A stretch of 64,000 bases of DNA from a virus. Shown piece after piece: positions 19,040 through 28,704 of the stretch (positions are counted from its first letter, which is position 1; the number at the start of each line of letters is the position of its first letter). Location: IMG/VR virus record IMGVR_UViG_3300042922_000250, positions 1 to 64,000 of that record; one strand, 5' to 3'. Made by a program: the position numbers and the translations under genes. Under the pieces are notes generated by a model. The model saw only the letters and a program-made list of their open reading frames with translations, searched no databases and was not told the origin of the DNA.

Positions 19040-19423
19040 TTATTTTAATGCTAGATAACCAACAGCAAGCAAAAGAAGGTTGCGTTCGAACTTCAATTTA
19101 TTGCGCTCTCGTTTTACTTCTTTCTCGTACTGTGTTAAAAATTGATTTGCCTTCACTAAAGAGTCCTGAGTTTGAACGATTGATTTCTCTGCTAGATTCA
19201 ATTTCTCTGACAATAGATTGATTTGTTTCTCTGACTTCAACAACAATTCGCTGGCTCTCTCTAACTTCTTCGCTTGCTCGTTGTTGTTGATCTCCAGCTG
19301 ATTGAAGATTTGTTCTAGTCGCGTCAATTCCTGGTCTGTAATCTCGTGAGCCATACCAATACAAGGCGACCATAGCAATAATAACAGCAATAACGATATA
19401 AATAGTTTTCCTTTGATTTTCAA
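19040..19423 (-). CDS. Spanin-like protein A (signal peptide, coiled coil, C-terminal hydrophobic tail)
   Basis: End of lysis cassette; homolog at 44939..45367. Confidence 0.6.
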   Translation of the reverse strand: MKIKGKLFISLLLLLLLWSPCIGMAHEITDQELTRLEQIFNQLEINNNEQAKKLERASELLLKSEKQINLLSEKLNLAEKSIVQTQDSLVKANQFLTQYEKEVKRERNKLKFERNLLLLAVGYLALK

Positions 19424-19424
19424 T
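19098..19424 (-). CDS. Overlapping i-spanin-like protein B (N-terminal TM, coiled coil)
   Basis: Alternative frame open in both phages; possible ATT start. Confidence 0.5.
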   Translation of the reverse strand: MENQRKTIYIVIAVIIAMVALYWYGSRDYRPGIDATRTNLQSAGDQQQRASEEVRESQRIVVEVRETNQSIVREIESSREINRSNSGLFSEGKSIFNTVRERSKTRAQ

Positions 19425-19483
19425 AAGAAAACGACCTCCTAAATCTGCTTATAAGCACGATTAATATTCCGGCCTTTATGTTT

Positions 19484-19633
19484 CTATGCAAAAAGCGTAA
19501 AAACGAATGCGAGTGCCAAAATGACGATAAAAAGGCCAATCCATACTTGCGGCTTTGTGAAGCTGTGTTTGTCGGCTTTTTCCTCAACAAAGTCGTCTAT
19601 TTTGTGACCAAATTTATCCAATTTGTCATTCAT
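19484..19633 (-). CDS. 49-aa membrane protein (not in ORF track)
   Basis: MNDKLDKF...WIGLFIVILALAFVF. Confidence 0.6.
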   Translation of the reverse strand: MNDKLDKFGHKIDDFVEEKADKHSFTKPQVWIGLFIVILALAFVFTLFA

Positions 19634-20147
19634 AGCTTTGTACCCCCTTCACAATTGCTTCTGCTGCTTTATTTTTCCATTCTGTCGAAGCTAGTAATTC
19701 TTCCTCTTGCAAGTTGGTAATAAATGCAAGTTCAACCAGACAGGCCGGACAGTTGGTATGTTTTAATACGTATAATCCGGAAGACTGCTTAACCCCCCTG
19801 TCGGCCAGTCCAGTTGCTTCAACTAATTCGTCTTGTACGCATCTAGCGAGATATGAAGATTTCCCGGAACCATCATAAGCCCATGTTTCTGTTCCGTGAG
19901 CCTGTGGATTAGTTGCGCCGTTGCAATGGATGGAAACAAACAGGTCTGATCCCCACGCATTTGACAAGTCACATATTTCTTCCAGACTATCAGATTGGAC
20001 AAATTGAACTTCATGGCCAAAATATTTAAGCAAGTCGCAGACGGTTGTCGCGACTTCTTTTACTACATCTGCCTCTTGCAATCCATTCTGTCCGATTGCG
20101 CCAGGGTCGATTCTTGGACAATGCCCTGCATTAATTGTGATTCTCAT
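19626..20147 (-). CDS. Endolysin, N-acetylmuramoyl-L-alanine amidase (Amidase_3)
   Basis: INAGH, E, FVSIHCN, LVELAFITN. Confidence 0.93.
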   Translation of the reverse strand: MRITINAGHCPRIDPGAIGQNGLQEADVVKEVATTVCDLLKYFGHEVQFVQSDSLEEICDLSNAWGSDLFVSIHCNGATNPQAHGTETWAYDGSGKSSYLARCVQDELVEATGLADRGVKQSSGLYVLKHTNCPACLVELAFITNLQEEELLASTEWKNKAAEAIVKGVQSYE

Positions 20148-20482
20148 AAATTTTCCCCTTCGTGTAAATTTGGAGTATTGGTTAATGATTGAGCTTTGCG
20201 AACAACGGCAACCTCGCAGTCGATAATAAAGCCGATGATTGAAGCAGGAATGATAATTTTCTTCCAACCCAAAGCATCACGGGCAATATCGATAGCCTTC
20301 TGCCGTTTCTGTTGATTCTCCATGTTGTCAGCTGCTCGATCAAGCTCATATATGATTTTCTGCAAAGCTTCTTTAGGCTTACCGTTTGGCAATCCTCGAT
20401 AAATTACATGGGCAGCTAAAACCAAAGCGGCAATAGCGGCCAGCGCGCCGATCACAGCATACGCTATTTGTAAGTCGCTCAT
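20144..20482 (-). CDS. Holin-like protein
   Basis: N-terminal TM, directly upstream of endolysin; homolog at 46116..46466. Confidence 0.6.
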   Translation of the reverse strand: MSDLQIAYAVIGALAAIAALVLAAHVIYRGLPNGKPKEALQKIIYELDRAADNMENQQKRQKAIDIARDALGWKKIIIPASIIGFIIDCEVAVVRKAQSLTNTPNLHEGENL

Positions 20483-20733
20483 TTGCTTGACTTCCTTTCA
20501 AGTTTCATCTGCTCATTAATCATCCGCATTTGAACCGGAGTAACTTCCAGTCCAGATTCATGCAGAATTTTTCGCAAACTCTTTGACGCAATGTTGTTTT
20601 TGATGTAGACTGGTCTTGACAAGTGAGATTTAGCGGTATTGTAACCGGATGAATAACCGATTTGATACGCTATCCCTGCGCATATTGCGATCACAGCAAC
20701 GGAAAACACCATGAATACATAATGCTTGTTCAT
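20479..20733 (-). CDS. Membrane-anchored hypothetical protein
   Basis: N-terminal TM. Confidence 0.6.
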   Translation of the reverse strand: MNKHYVFMVFSVAVIAICAGIAYQIGYSSGYNTAKSHLSRPVYIKNNIASKSLRKILHESGLEVTPVQMRMINEQMKLERKSSK

Positions 20734-20738
20734 ATCTC

Positions 20739-20933
20739 CTACTTTCTAAGCGCAACATATGCGCCCAATGCAAAGTTGATTAGCATCACGCCGCCAACAA
20801 AGTAATTGTATGATCGTTCGATTGTTGCGACTCGTTCAGCTATTTTAAGCTTTTCCTGTTCTTCAATCTTAGTTCTGATTACTGCGATATCGACAGCCAT
20901 CTGTCTTAAAAGACGTTCATTGTCATCTGGCAC
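20739..20933 (-). CDS. XhlA-like lysis membrane protein
   Basis: Coiled coil + C-terminal TM. Confidence 0.55.
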   Translation of the reverse strand: MPDDNERLLRQMAVDIAVIRTKIEEQEKLKIAERVATIERSYNYFVGGVMLINFALGAYVALRK

Positions 20934-20977
20934 GTCATCACCCTTTCGAATCGGAAAATTGGATAGGAGAGGATTTT

Positions 20978-21304
20978 ATGCTTTATAAGCAGAAAAAAAT
21001 TATTGTTATTTACTTAGTATGCGTAATCATTGCTTGCGTCTATGTTCCTTGGGAGGCAGTAGCAGGAGAAAATATTAGAATGCCTGCCGGATATGCATTA
21101 ATTAGTAATCCACCGATATTTTTTACTTTTTATACAGAAAATAAAAAATTAAATACTAAAAACCCATATATCGAAGATGTTCCACAAGCAAACAAACGGT
21201 ACATAACAAACGTTGATATTAATAGATTATTGATAGAGATTGTTATAATTACCGCTACTTTGGGGATAGCATACATTCAGACGATAAAAAACGACGAATC
21301 TTAA
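20978..21304 (+). CDS. Counter-oriented 2-TM moron
   Basis: RBS, two hydrophobic segments, AT-rich. Confidence 0.7.
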   Translation: MLYKQKKIIVIYLVCVIIACVYVPWEAVAGENIRMPAGYALISNPPIFFTFYTENKKLNTKNPYIEDVPQANKRYITNVDINRLLIEIVIITATLGIAYIQTIKNDES

Positions 21305-21319
21305 AAAAGAAAAGAGAGG

Positions 21320-24106
21320 CTATATTGCCCCTCTTTTCTTTTCTCGTTTATATGCGTCTGCGGCCTCTTTCATTTGCCGACCTAATTCTTTTATCTGGTT
21401 CTCATGATCCTTAATGCGCGACTGCTTTTCTTCTTTTGATAATCGTTGATCTTTTTTTATGTCATTCAAAACGCTATTAATACTCTGTCTTTGCCTAGAC
21501 ATTGCCGACATATTTTGTTTGAAAACCTCGTCAACGTTTATAGGAACATTTTTAACACCTGCAAAAACCTGCGCTAATGCAGAGGCAGGACTGTATTGCC
21601 TGCCCATTCTGTCAACATTGCCGCTTAGACCGTCTCCTAATTTCTCGCCAGCATAATTATACGGCAACGGAAAAGATGGCCCCAAGGAATTCCAGGCATA
21701 CCGTGCATATTCGCCAGCCTTTTCATTGTTTGTCATTCCGGGTTTAATGACTTCCTGCCCTAATCCGTTGCGGCCAGTCTTAATGAGTTGCGCCGCATCA
21801 AACAAAGGATTACCTAATGAAATATCATTCGCAAAAGGCAGGATATAATTAAGATCGATATTGTTTTGCACCTTTTGCTCTTTACCGTTTACGATGCGTG
21901 TCCCCTGTCCGATTGGCAACAGTTGGCGCGTTTGCAGGTGTTCGGGAAGAATCTTTTCTCGATCAGCGGTATTGTCCTGATTTTGTAGTTTAGTGTACTT
22001 GGTAACTTGCGCCGGGCGTTCATACAGTGCTTTGGCTGTCTCTTTTGTCGCAAAGTATGGAAACTTAGCAAATGGAACAAGACCGCTTCGCGACAATGAA
22101 TTAATAATATCCGGAGCCTGCGAATAGTCAAACAATGCTCGATTAGCAATGTCTGCGGCTTCTTTTATTGTTTTTCCTTCCTCGCGATGATATGAATAGA
22201 CAACAGCACGCCAAAATTTATCAGGTGCGCCGAAAGCTTCCATAGCCTTGTCGGCTACTTTTTTAATTCCGGTAGGATTTTCGCCAATGATATTGCGCAA
22301 CTCCTGCTTATTCCACACATTACCAAGGATTCCAGTTTCGCGAAGTTCGCGAAGAATAGGAGCATTTTTTCCTTGTTCAGAGAATACCTTCGATATTTTG
22401 AACATTTGCTTTGGCATTGACTGAAAAGGGACTTTACCAAATACGTTCGCCATCGGGATACCAGAATAGAAGTTTCTAGCAATTGCGGAAGGAGAAGCGA
22501 GTTTTTCAACTTTCCACCACGACACCATCTTTTGCAGAGTGGCATTGATATTATCTGGCTTAGTTCCCATCGTTCCCATTATCTGATTTGCTACGTCCTT
22601 AGGAACCCATTTGCCAGATAATGCACCGTATGCCTTTCCTTCTGGTATTTCAACATACTGCCTGCGTGCTGGCAATGTCCTGGACAAGTCGGCAGCTTCT
22701 TCCGCGCTTTTGCCAAACATATTATCAACGGTTCTCAAGAATTCATCCTCTCGAATTGTCTTCGATGCGCGGTTGAGAGTATCCATTATTTTATACTCTG
22801 GATCCTTTATTTCTCCCAGCTTGCGCAATGTATCTTCTGATAATACTTGCCGCTGCGTAAACTCTTTAACATCAACAGAATGAGCGCGGCCAAATCCTTG
22901 CCGACCGGGAGCAGTTGTATCGGCTAAATCCTTATACGCTCTGCGCCATTCTTCCGGCGTGCCGTTTTTACGCAATGCTTCAAGAAACTGTTCTGGATTT
23001 TCATACTTTCCTATTGCTCGACGCAAGTGAGAACCTTCTTGAAACCTAACAACTGCTTCGTCACCAAGTCGGCCAACATCAGATAATGTATTCTGAATCT
23101 GCAAATTCCGGTCAATTACCTTATCGCCGATAATTTGTATTGCCTTTCTAAGGCCTGGTTCAGGAATGTTAGACAGAACTTCATCACGGAAAGCATAGTC
23201 AGGGATGGATTGACCTGCCTTTTTTGCGACTCGTTGCGGTTCTTGTAGCAGATAGTCCGGTATTTCTTCTCCAACATCGCGCAAAGTATCAAAAGCAGTA
23301 GGCTTATCAATGGTTCCTGCCTTGATATCTTCCAATAGCTTACCTTTATTGAAAGAATTTAAAACAGCGTCTTGAGTTTGTGGTGTAATTGCGCCGCCTC
23401 GATTCGCTCCCTGGATATAATCATTTAAGACAGTCGCTTGATCACCGTATTGCTTTTTCAATCCTTGAACTTCGTCAACGATATCTTGACCTTTTACCAT
23501 ATCAGAAGCGCGACCTGCTCTAAATGCATCCTGCGCCTCTTGGACGCGATTAATACCTGTCCAGTCCTCTAATGCAGCAATAGCCTTTTGCCCACGCTCT
23601 GATCCTTTCGCAGCGTTTACAGCAGGGGTTATAAGGTTATCGGTTAATCCTACAGCCTTAGAGCCTTTAGCTGCACCTGCAACAATCTTGGCCGGAGTAA
23701 TAACATTTAGCGGATCAAGTAAAACGTCTGTAGCAAAGCCAGCAACGGCGGCAGTAGTCGGATTCTCTTTAACCCAATCTTGGTTGAAGGTTTCTTTCCA
23801 GCTTGTATTTTCCTGCCAGCCTTTTTTTGCCCCTTCCAAAAGTGGTGTATCATCTTGATAAGCCTTTACTGTTCCGGCAATAGCTCCGCGCGGCTTGTCT
23901 AGGTATGATATAGCATCCAATGCGGCAGATGCAGGTTTAAGCAATATAGATCCAACATCTGCCGCTACGTTATACACTTTATCGGCTAATGATTCTTCTT
24001 GATTATCTAAATATGGGTTTGATGGTTGCTGAATGTAGGGATTGTTGGACGAAGCAGGAGATTGTTTATCGACATATGGATTTTGCGTTAAATATGGATT
24101 GGACAA
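21320..24106 (-). CDS. Large internal virion/ejection protein
   Basis: 928 aa, helical, NPY repeats at N-terminus; position after tail genes. Confidence 0.65.
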   Translation of the reverse strand: MSNPYLTQNPYVDKQSPASSNNPYIQQPSNPYLDNQEESLADKVYNVAADVGSILLKPASAALDAISYLDKPRGAIAGTVKAYQDDTPLLEGAKKGWQENTSWKETFNQDWVKENPTTAAVAGFATDVLLDPLNVITPAKIVAGAAKGSKAVGLTDNLITPAVNAAKGSERGQKAIAALEDWTGINRVQEAQDAFRAGRASDMVKGQDIVDEVQGLKKQYGDQATVLNDYIQGANRGGAITPQTQDAVLNSFNKGKLLEDIKAGTIDKPTAFDTLRDVGEEIPDYLLQEPQRVAKKAGQSIPDYAFRDEVLSNIPEPGLRKAIQIIGDKVIDRNLQIQNTLSDVGRLGDEAVVRFQEGSHLRRAIGKYENPEQFLEALRKNGTPEEWRRAYKDLADTTAPGRQGFGRAHSVDVKEFTQRQVLSEDTLRKLGEIKDPEYKIMDTLNRASKTIREDEFLRTVDNMFGKSAEEAADLSRTLPARRQYVEIPEGKAYGALSGKWVPKDVANQIMGTMGTKPDNINATLQKMVSWWKVEKLASPSAIARNFYSGIPMANVFGKVPFQSMPKQMFKISKVFSEQGKNAPILRELRETGILGNVWNKQELRNIIGENPTGIKKVADKAMEAFGAPDKFWRAVVYSYHREEGKTIKEAADIANRALFDYSQAPDIINSLSRSGLVPFAKFPYFATKETAKALYERPAQVTKYTKLQNQDNTADREKILPEHLQTRQLLPIGQGTRIVNGKEQKVQNNIDLNYILPFANDISLGNPLFDAAQLIKTGRNGLGQEVIKPGMTNNEKAGEYARYAWNSLGPSFPLPYNYAGEKLGDGLSGNVDRMGRQYSPASALAQVFAGVKNVPINVDEVFKQNMSAMSRQRQSINSVLNDIKKDQRLSKEEKQSRIKDHENQIKELGRQMKEAADAYKREKKRGAI

Positions 24107-24124
24107 TATTAACCGCCTCCTGTT

Positions 24125-25609
24125 CTATCGTCTATCGCTCATTAAGTCTCGAACCCATGTAAGACCGCTCTTTTTTGTCTTGTCAAGAAATGATCCGCTT
24201 TGATATCCGGTATCTGGATCGTATACGTCGGGAGTTGCAGGGTTTTGTTCTGCAACAGAATTCGCGCCAACAGCAGCTAAAAGAGCGTCAACGTCAACGC
24301 CCTGATTAATTAATTCATTCGCTCTAGCTTTGATTCCTTGCGCTATTTTAGCAGGTGCAACTCCGCGAGTTATCGCTTCTTGGATATAACCAAGTTCTGT
24401 TTCTTGAGCATTTCCTTGCTGCTGCAATACGTCTTGCTGTTGACCTCCGTTAACATCCGGGATAATACTGTTAATATACGGAAGTAAACGTTGTGCCAAT
24501 TCCGGATTCTTAACACGCCTGGTCATAATCGGTCTGCCCATTACATCGGTTTCCCCTGTCGCCTCGCTAACTGTTTCGGATGCATCTTTATAAAGAGCAA
24601 GTAATTGGGCAGCATTATTACCGCCGCCTGTACTTCTTGTTCCTGTTGATCTTATTTCTTGTCCCCTAGCGGTTATATCTTGCGCTCTCCTGGTAGAATC
24701 AAGTTGTGCCTGTTGAATCTCAGTAATTCCCGGCTTGCTCCTGTGAACCTCCGTATACTGACCATCCGGAGTAACAGCGTAGGTTACATTCTCGCCATTT
24801 TCCTGCACCGTCTGGAAGTCTCTAGCTCCCATCTTAATAGCCTGGGCGACTAACTGCATATCCGCAGGCTGAAATCCGTAACGATTAGCCAATGAGCGAT
24901 GTTTTGCAGCTGCTTGTAAAATCTTGCGAGGATCGCTCGACCCGAACGCCTGATTCAATTCTTCATCTGCCTGTGCAGCGTATCTGTCGGCAGTTTCCTT
25001 GACTCGCATACCGGCTATTTCTTGAGCCTTTTGATTAACGATACTATAGGCTTCTTTTGCAGAATATCCTGCTTTGACCATATCCTGTATAGATGCTTTC
25101 ATCTTTGGCGCAAGATCACGCATAGCTTCTGCGTTAGTACGATAGTCGCGGTTGACTTGCATAGTCGGAGGCTGTTGCGTAGAAGGTTGCAAAGCAGGTT
25201 GTGCGGATTGAGAAGCGGATAGAGCCTGTCTAAATGGCGTTTGCTGCTGTGTTGTACTCTGTTGAAATGCAGCCTGTATAGGCGAGGTTTGCGAAGGTTG
25301 TTGACTTAACAGAGCAGATTGAAACGGCATTGCCTGCGCGGGTCTATTGCCGGATAGCAAGCCTGTTTGATCAATGCCGAATTGCTGTGGTGCATTATTG
25401 AATTGTTGTCCTGCCGATAACAATCCTTGCCCTGCTCCGGCTGTGTTTAACCGTGTGTCTGTTTGCGGCTGAGTCAATGCAGAATCAACGTTTGTCAGCG
25501 CGTTAGCCTGCGCTCTTTCTTGATTGCGCTGTCCGATTGCGCCGACTATCTGCGCTAATGCGTCCCAACCTGTAGCTTGTGGTTGATAGCGTCCCCACAT
25601 TAACGACAC
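24125..25609 (-). CDS. Ejection protein (Gln/Ala-rich)
   Basis: Composition and position. Confidence 0.6.
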   Translation of the reverse strand: MSLMWGRYQPQATGWDALAQIVGAIGQRNQERAQANALTNVDSALTQPQTDTRLNTAGAGQGLLSAGQQFNNAPQQFGIDQTGLLSGNRPAQAMPFQSALLSQQPSQTSPIQAAFQQSTTQQQTPFRQALSASQSAQPALQPSTQQPPTMQVNRDYRTNAEAMRDLAPKMKASIQDMVKAGYSAKEAYSIVNQKAQEIAGMRVKETADRYAAQADEELNQAFGSSDPRKILQAAAKHRSLANRYGFQPADMQLVAQAIKMGARDFQTVQENGENVTYAVTPDGQYTEVHRSKPGITEIQQAQLDSTRRAQDITARGQEIRSTGTRSTGGGNNAAQLLALYKDASETVSEATGETDVMGRPIMTRRVKNPELAQRLLPYINSIIPDVNGGQQQDVLQQQGNAQETELGYIQEAITRGVAPAKIAQGIKARANELINQGVDVDALLAAVGANSVAEQNPATPDVYDPDTGYQSGSFLDKTKKSGLTWVRDLMSDRR

Positions 25610-26727
25610 CCCCTAACCGCGAATCCGTTCGCAAAATAGATGTTTTCGCCAGTGGTCTTAAAGTCATAAATCAATTCTTTGATGGGGTTAATCTCGACAG
25701 AGCGAACAACTTCGCCACGCTTTAAGCCAACCAACTCTTTGCCGATTAATTCAGCAGGAAGAAAATCGCCTTCGGTAGTCAGGAAAGGCTGTGTTGATGT
25801 AGGCCTAACTTCTGAACTATCAGTATTGATAACCATGTAGTCATTAGGCGATATTTGCGGTTCTTGCACATGAATAACGCTTTCTATTCCGTGAAGCGAA
25901 TAAACCTTGTCACCTACCTGAATTCGTTCAATAGGTTTATTTCCATCAGGGCAAGCAATCATTGTACCTGCAACAAAACAAAGCAATGCCGCCGATCCAA
26001 GAGAACCGACCGCATTCCATGCATTAGATCCTCCATCGCTCTGCGTGGTAGTGGTGCTGCCTGTCCCCATACGACCGCTGTACATTTGATTGAATAGATC
26101 ACTGGTATTGTTTGCTAGAGAATCAGATGTACTAGACAATCCAGACAACATCGTCAAGAAGTTGTTTAAATTGCTAGTGTTATTGGCACTCGCATTGCCT
26201 AACAATCCGGAATAGGTACTTTGATCACTTGCATAGTTTTTAGCTAGAGTATCAGCAGCATTTTGCGATATCTGATCTAATGCACTGCCAGTGACAGAAG
26301 AATTTAATATTCCCCTTGAACCAAGGCTGTTGATTGCACTGCCTACCGTTCCTGTTAAATCGCTGTTTAGAGCCTGTTGTCTAGCAGTTGCATAGGAAGA
26401 CGGAAGATTGCCGCTAAGCAGGCTTGCATAGCCACTGTTGATGTCGTTAGCGGTATTGTTATAGTTGCTGTATACGTTGCCAGCGTTACCTGCTACTGTG
26501 TTAGCAGTTCCAAGAAGACTATTAGCTGTACCCATAGCGGTATTAGCATAGTTAGTTGCACTACCTTGCAATGCTGCTTCTTGTGCTGTCTGATTGGGGA
26601 TTGATCTTTTTGTCGAAGAGCTAGATCCACCCTTAAAATCAACCATTTGTAGATGCAGACGTTTTATTGTATCATCCGGTATGACTGTCCATGTTCTCAC
26701 TAAATCACCTTCTTTTCCATGATCCAA
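25600..26727 (-). CDS. Ejection/pilot protein with C-terminal Hint domain
   Basis: Ser/Asn/Ala-rich body; CFVAGT...KPIERIQVGDKV...IYDF...YFANG. Confidence 0.75.
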   Translation of the reverse strand: MDHGKEGDLVRTWTVIPDDTIKRLHLQMVDFKGGSSSSTKRSIPNQTAQEAALQGSATNYANTAMGTANSLLGTANTVAGNAGNVYSNYNNTANDINSGYASLLSGNLPSSYATARQQALNSDLTGTVGSAINSLGSRGILNSSVTGSALDQISQNAADTLAKNYASDQSTYSGLLGNASANNTSNLNNFLTMLSGLSSTSDSLANNTSDLFNQMYSGRMGTGSTTTTQSDGGSNAWNAVGSLGSAALLCFVAGTMIACPDGNKPIERIQVGDKVYSLHGIESVIHVQEPQISPNDYMVINTDSSEVRPTSTQPFLTTEGDFLPAELIGKELVGLKRGEVVRSVEINPIKELIYDFKTTGENIYFANGFAVRGCR

Positions 26728-27041
26728 TAAAATGTACCGTTTGGTCTTATTCCGCTTAATGCTATGTTTGGCGTAGATTTCGTTAATCGCATATAACCGG
26801 AAGGATCACGAGAAGTTGCTGTTCTGAGCATTTTACATCCTCTCGCCTTTGCCATTTCCACGCATTTGTCATGCGCCCACGTGACATTTTCTGTGCAGGT
26901 GTGGTCAATCTCAAACACATCACCAAATTTATGCCAACAAAAAAAGCCCTTATCAGGCTCGTAATAAATTTGAAAGCCGGGAAGTAATTCAAACTTCTCG
27001 GCTTTCTTTTCGTATTTGGCTATCCATTCACTCAGTTGCAT
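26700..27041 (-). CDS. GNAT-like virion assembly protein
   Basis: AKARGCK motif; position before ejection genes as in podophages. Confidence 0.45.
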   Translation of the reverse strand: MQLSEWIAKYEKKAEKFELLPGFQIYYEPDKGFFCWHKFGDVFEIDHTCTENVTWAHDKCVEMAKARGCKMLRTATSRDPSGYMRLTKSTPNIALSGIRPNGTFYWIMEKKVI

Positions 27042-27169
27042 TTTCTACTTTATCCGGTATGATAATCGGATCGTTGAACTTGCTTAGACAATCAAGGCAC
27101 TTGTACCAATCGGGGCCAAGCTTTGGATAAGGAACAATGTTTGTACTCCAACAAAGTGAACAATGTATT

Positions 27170-27445
27170 TCAGACATTCCCCGACTCCTCCTCTAATGCT
27201 TCTATTTCCGCATTTCTATTTGCTATTGTAGCCAAATAAGCAGTGGAAAGGGCAGTTAATTTTGCCTGTTGGCTTGTTCCATCTGCAGCGAATACAAGCG
27301 GTATAGAATCCTTGTATGCATCAAGCTTAGATTTATATTTAGCAATAACATCCGCTATTTTTTCATCAGCTGTTTTTTCTCTGATTGTGATCATTGGCGT
27401 TAAGCACCTCCATATCCGTCTGGTGTTGAAAAGTCTGCACCCCAT
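27170..27445 (-). CDS. Tail fibre accessory protein
   Basis: Position after fibre. Confidence 0.45.
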   Translation of the reverse strand: MGCRLFNTRRIWRCLTPMITIREKTADEKIADVIAKYKSKLDAYKDSIPLVFAADGTSQQAKLTALSTAYLATIANRNAEIEALEEESGNV

Positions 27446-27618
27446 AACATTCTGGCCGATCTATCTACTGGAATTTCAATAGCATCTACAATTAAAAAAG
27501 GCGTACCTTCTGGCACGTCTTTTTGCGCTAATTCTTCTATTGTGCCGCTATAGCTAGGAGCGGGGATAATTACGGATATTGTTGTTCCATTTGGGTAGAT
27601 TATTCGTTTCATAAACAA
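27400..27618 (-). CDS. Tail fibre assembly protein
   Basis: KDVPEG.PF.IV...P.DR..R..W. Confidence 0.6.
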   Translation of the reverse strand: MFMKRIIYPNGTTISVIIPAPSYSGTIEELAQKDVPEGTPFLIVDAIEIPVDRSARMLWGADFSTPDGYGGA

Positions 27619-27633
27619 CCTCCATTAAAAAAG

Positions 27634-28704
27634 TTAACAGAAAACAGCAATATTTAACGTTGGCGCGTCTGCCGCAGAATCGGGAGAATAAATATTCCAA
27701 GTGGCTATCCTAACGTATGTGGTTGTATATCTGTCAACAATAGAATTCATGCGAGAATTACCACCGGTTCCATCCGAATCCCTACCGGAAATCGCTATCG
27801 CAGAAAAGTTATTGCTCGGCATGGCGGTAATAAAATTAACGGTGTAATCGCCGGTTCCGTTATCGACAATACTTGATATATTACCGCTAGCGCGTATATA
27901 AATATTTCTTGTTATATTACCGCTAGTGGTTAAACTTGTACCTGCTATATAGGTAAATACATTTGCGTTAACTACAGTATCAACAATATACGAACCTGCA
28001 ACTCCAGTTCCGGATGTTGGGGATAAATTCACATTTTCACCAACATTTAAACCATGACCAGTCATAGTGACCGTTACACTTGTACCAGTTTGCGAATATG
28101 TTCCAGTTAAAGGGACTCCATTAAAATTAACCCAAGCTCGACATGCGTAAATAGGAGCGGAGCCAGAAGCGTTCAATTCTGCCTTTATAACATTATTTAT
28201 CTTTAATGGGTTGCCATCCGATCTAGTGTATTTTGTACAATAAACAGTCGTTCCGTCAGAATAATAACTAGCCATATCTCCTGAAGCTGTTGTTATATCG
28301 GCTGTGCCCGGTAGGTTGTTATTGGTCGAGTGGTGCGCAAGCGTTAGTATCCCGTCGAATACAACTTCTCTACGCATTCCTGCACCTAACGTAACCGCAG
28401 TAATAGCGGTATTTCCTGTTATGTGTAAGAAGTTTCCTGTCGCGGTTGTTAAGTTAATAGTTGATGCAGAGGCTATTGCAGAACCAACAGATTCATTTAA
28501 CACGCTGTCAACAACAATTGAACTCAGGTTAATTAGCGCGCCTCCGTCTGTCGTTCCGTCATGCGTATGTCCTGTGGATTCAGAAATAAACGTACTTAAT
28601 TTAGTGTAAATCGAAGAAAATTCATTTTTTAGCTTAGTAAATCCTGTCTGCTTACCATCGCCACCAGGAGCAATATTTAAAGGGTTTTGCGTTGTCCAAC
28701 TCAA
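27634..28704 (-). CDS. Tail fibre / receptor-binding protein
   Basis: GHTHDG, CRAWVNFNG, SSIVDNGTGDYTVNF. Confidence 0.85.
   Translation of the reverse strand: MSWTTQNPLNIAPGGDGKQTGFTKLKNEFSSIYTKLSTFISESTGHTHDGTTDGGALINLSSIVVDSVLNESVGSAIASASTINLTTATGNFLHITGNTAITAVTLGAGMRREVVFDGILTLAHHSTNNNLPGTADITTASGDMASYYSDGTTVYCTKYTRSDGNPLKINNVIKAELNASGSAPIYACRAWVNFNGVPLTGTYSQTGTSVTVTMTGHGLNVGENVNLSPTSGTGVAGSYIVDTVVNANVFTYIAGTSLTTSGNITRNIYIRASGNISSIVDNGTGDYTVNFITAMPSNNFSAIAISGRDSDGTGGNSRMNSIVDRYTTTYVRIATWNIYSPDSAADAPTLNIAVFC

Noticed and set aside
25600-25980. Canonical intein
   Set aside because: No terminal His-Asn and no C-extein.
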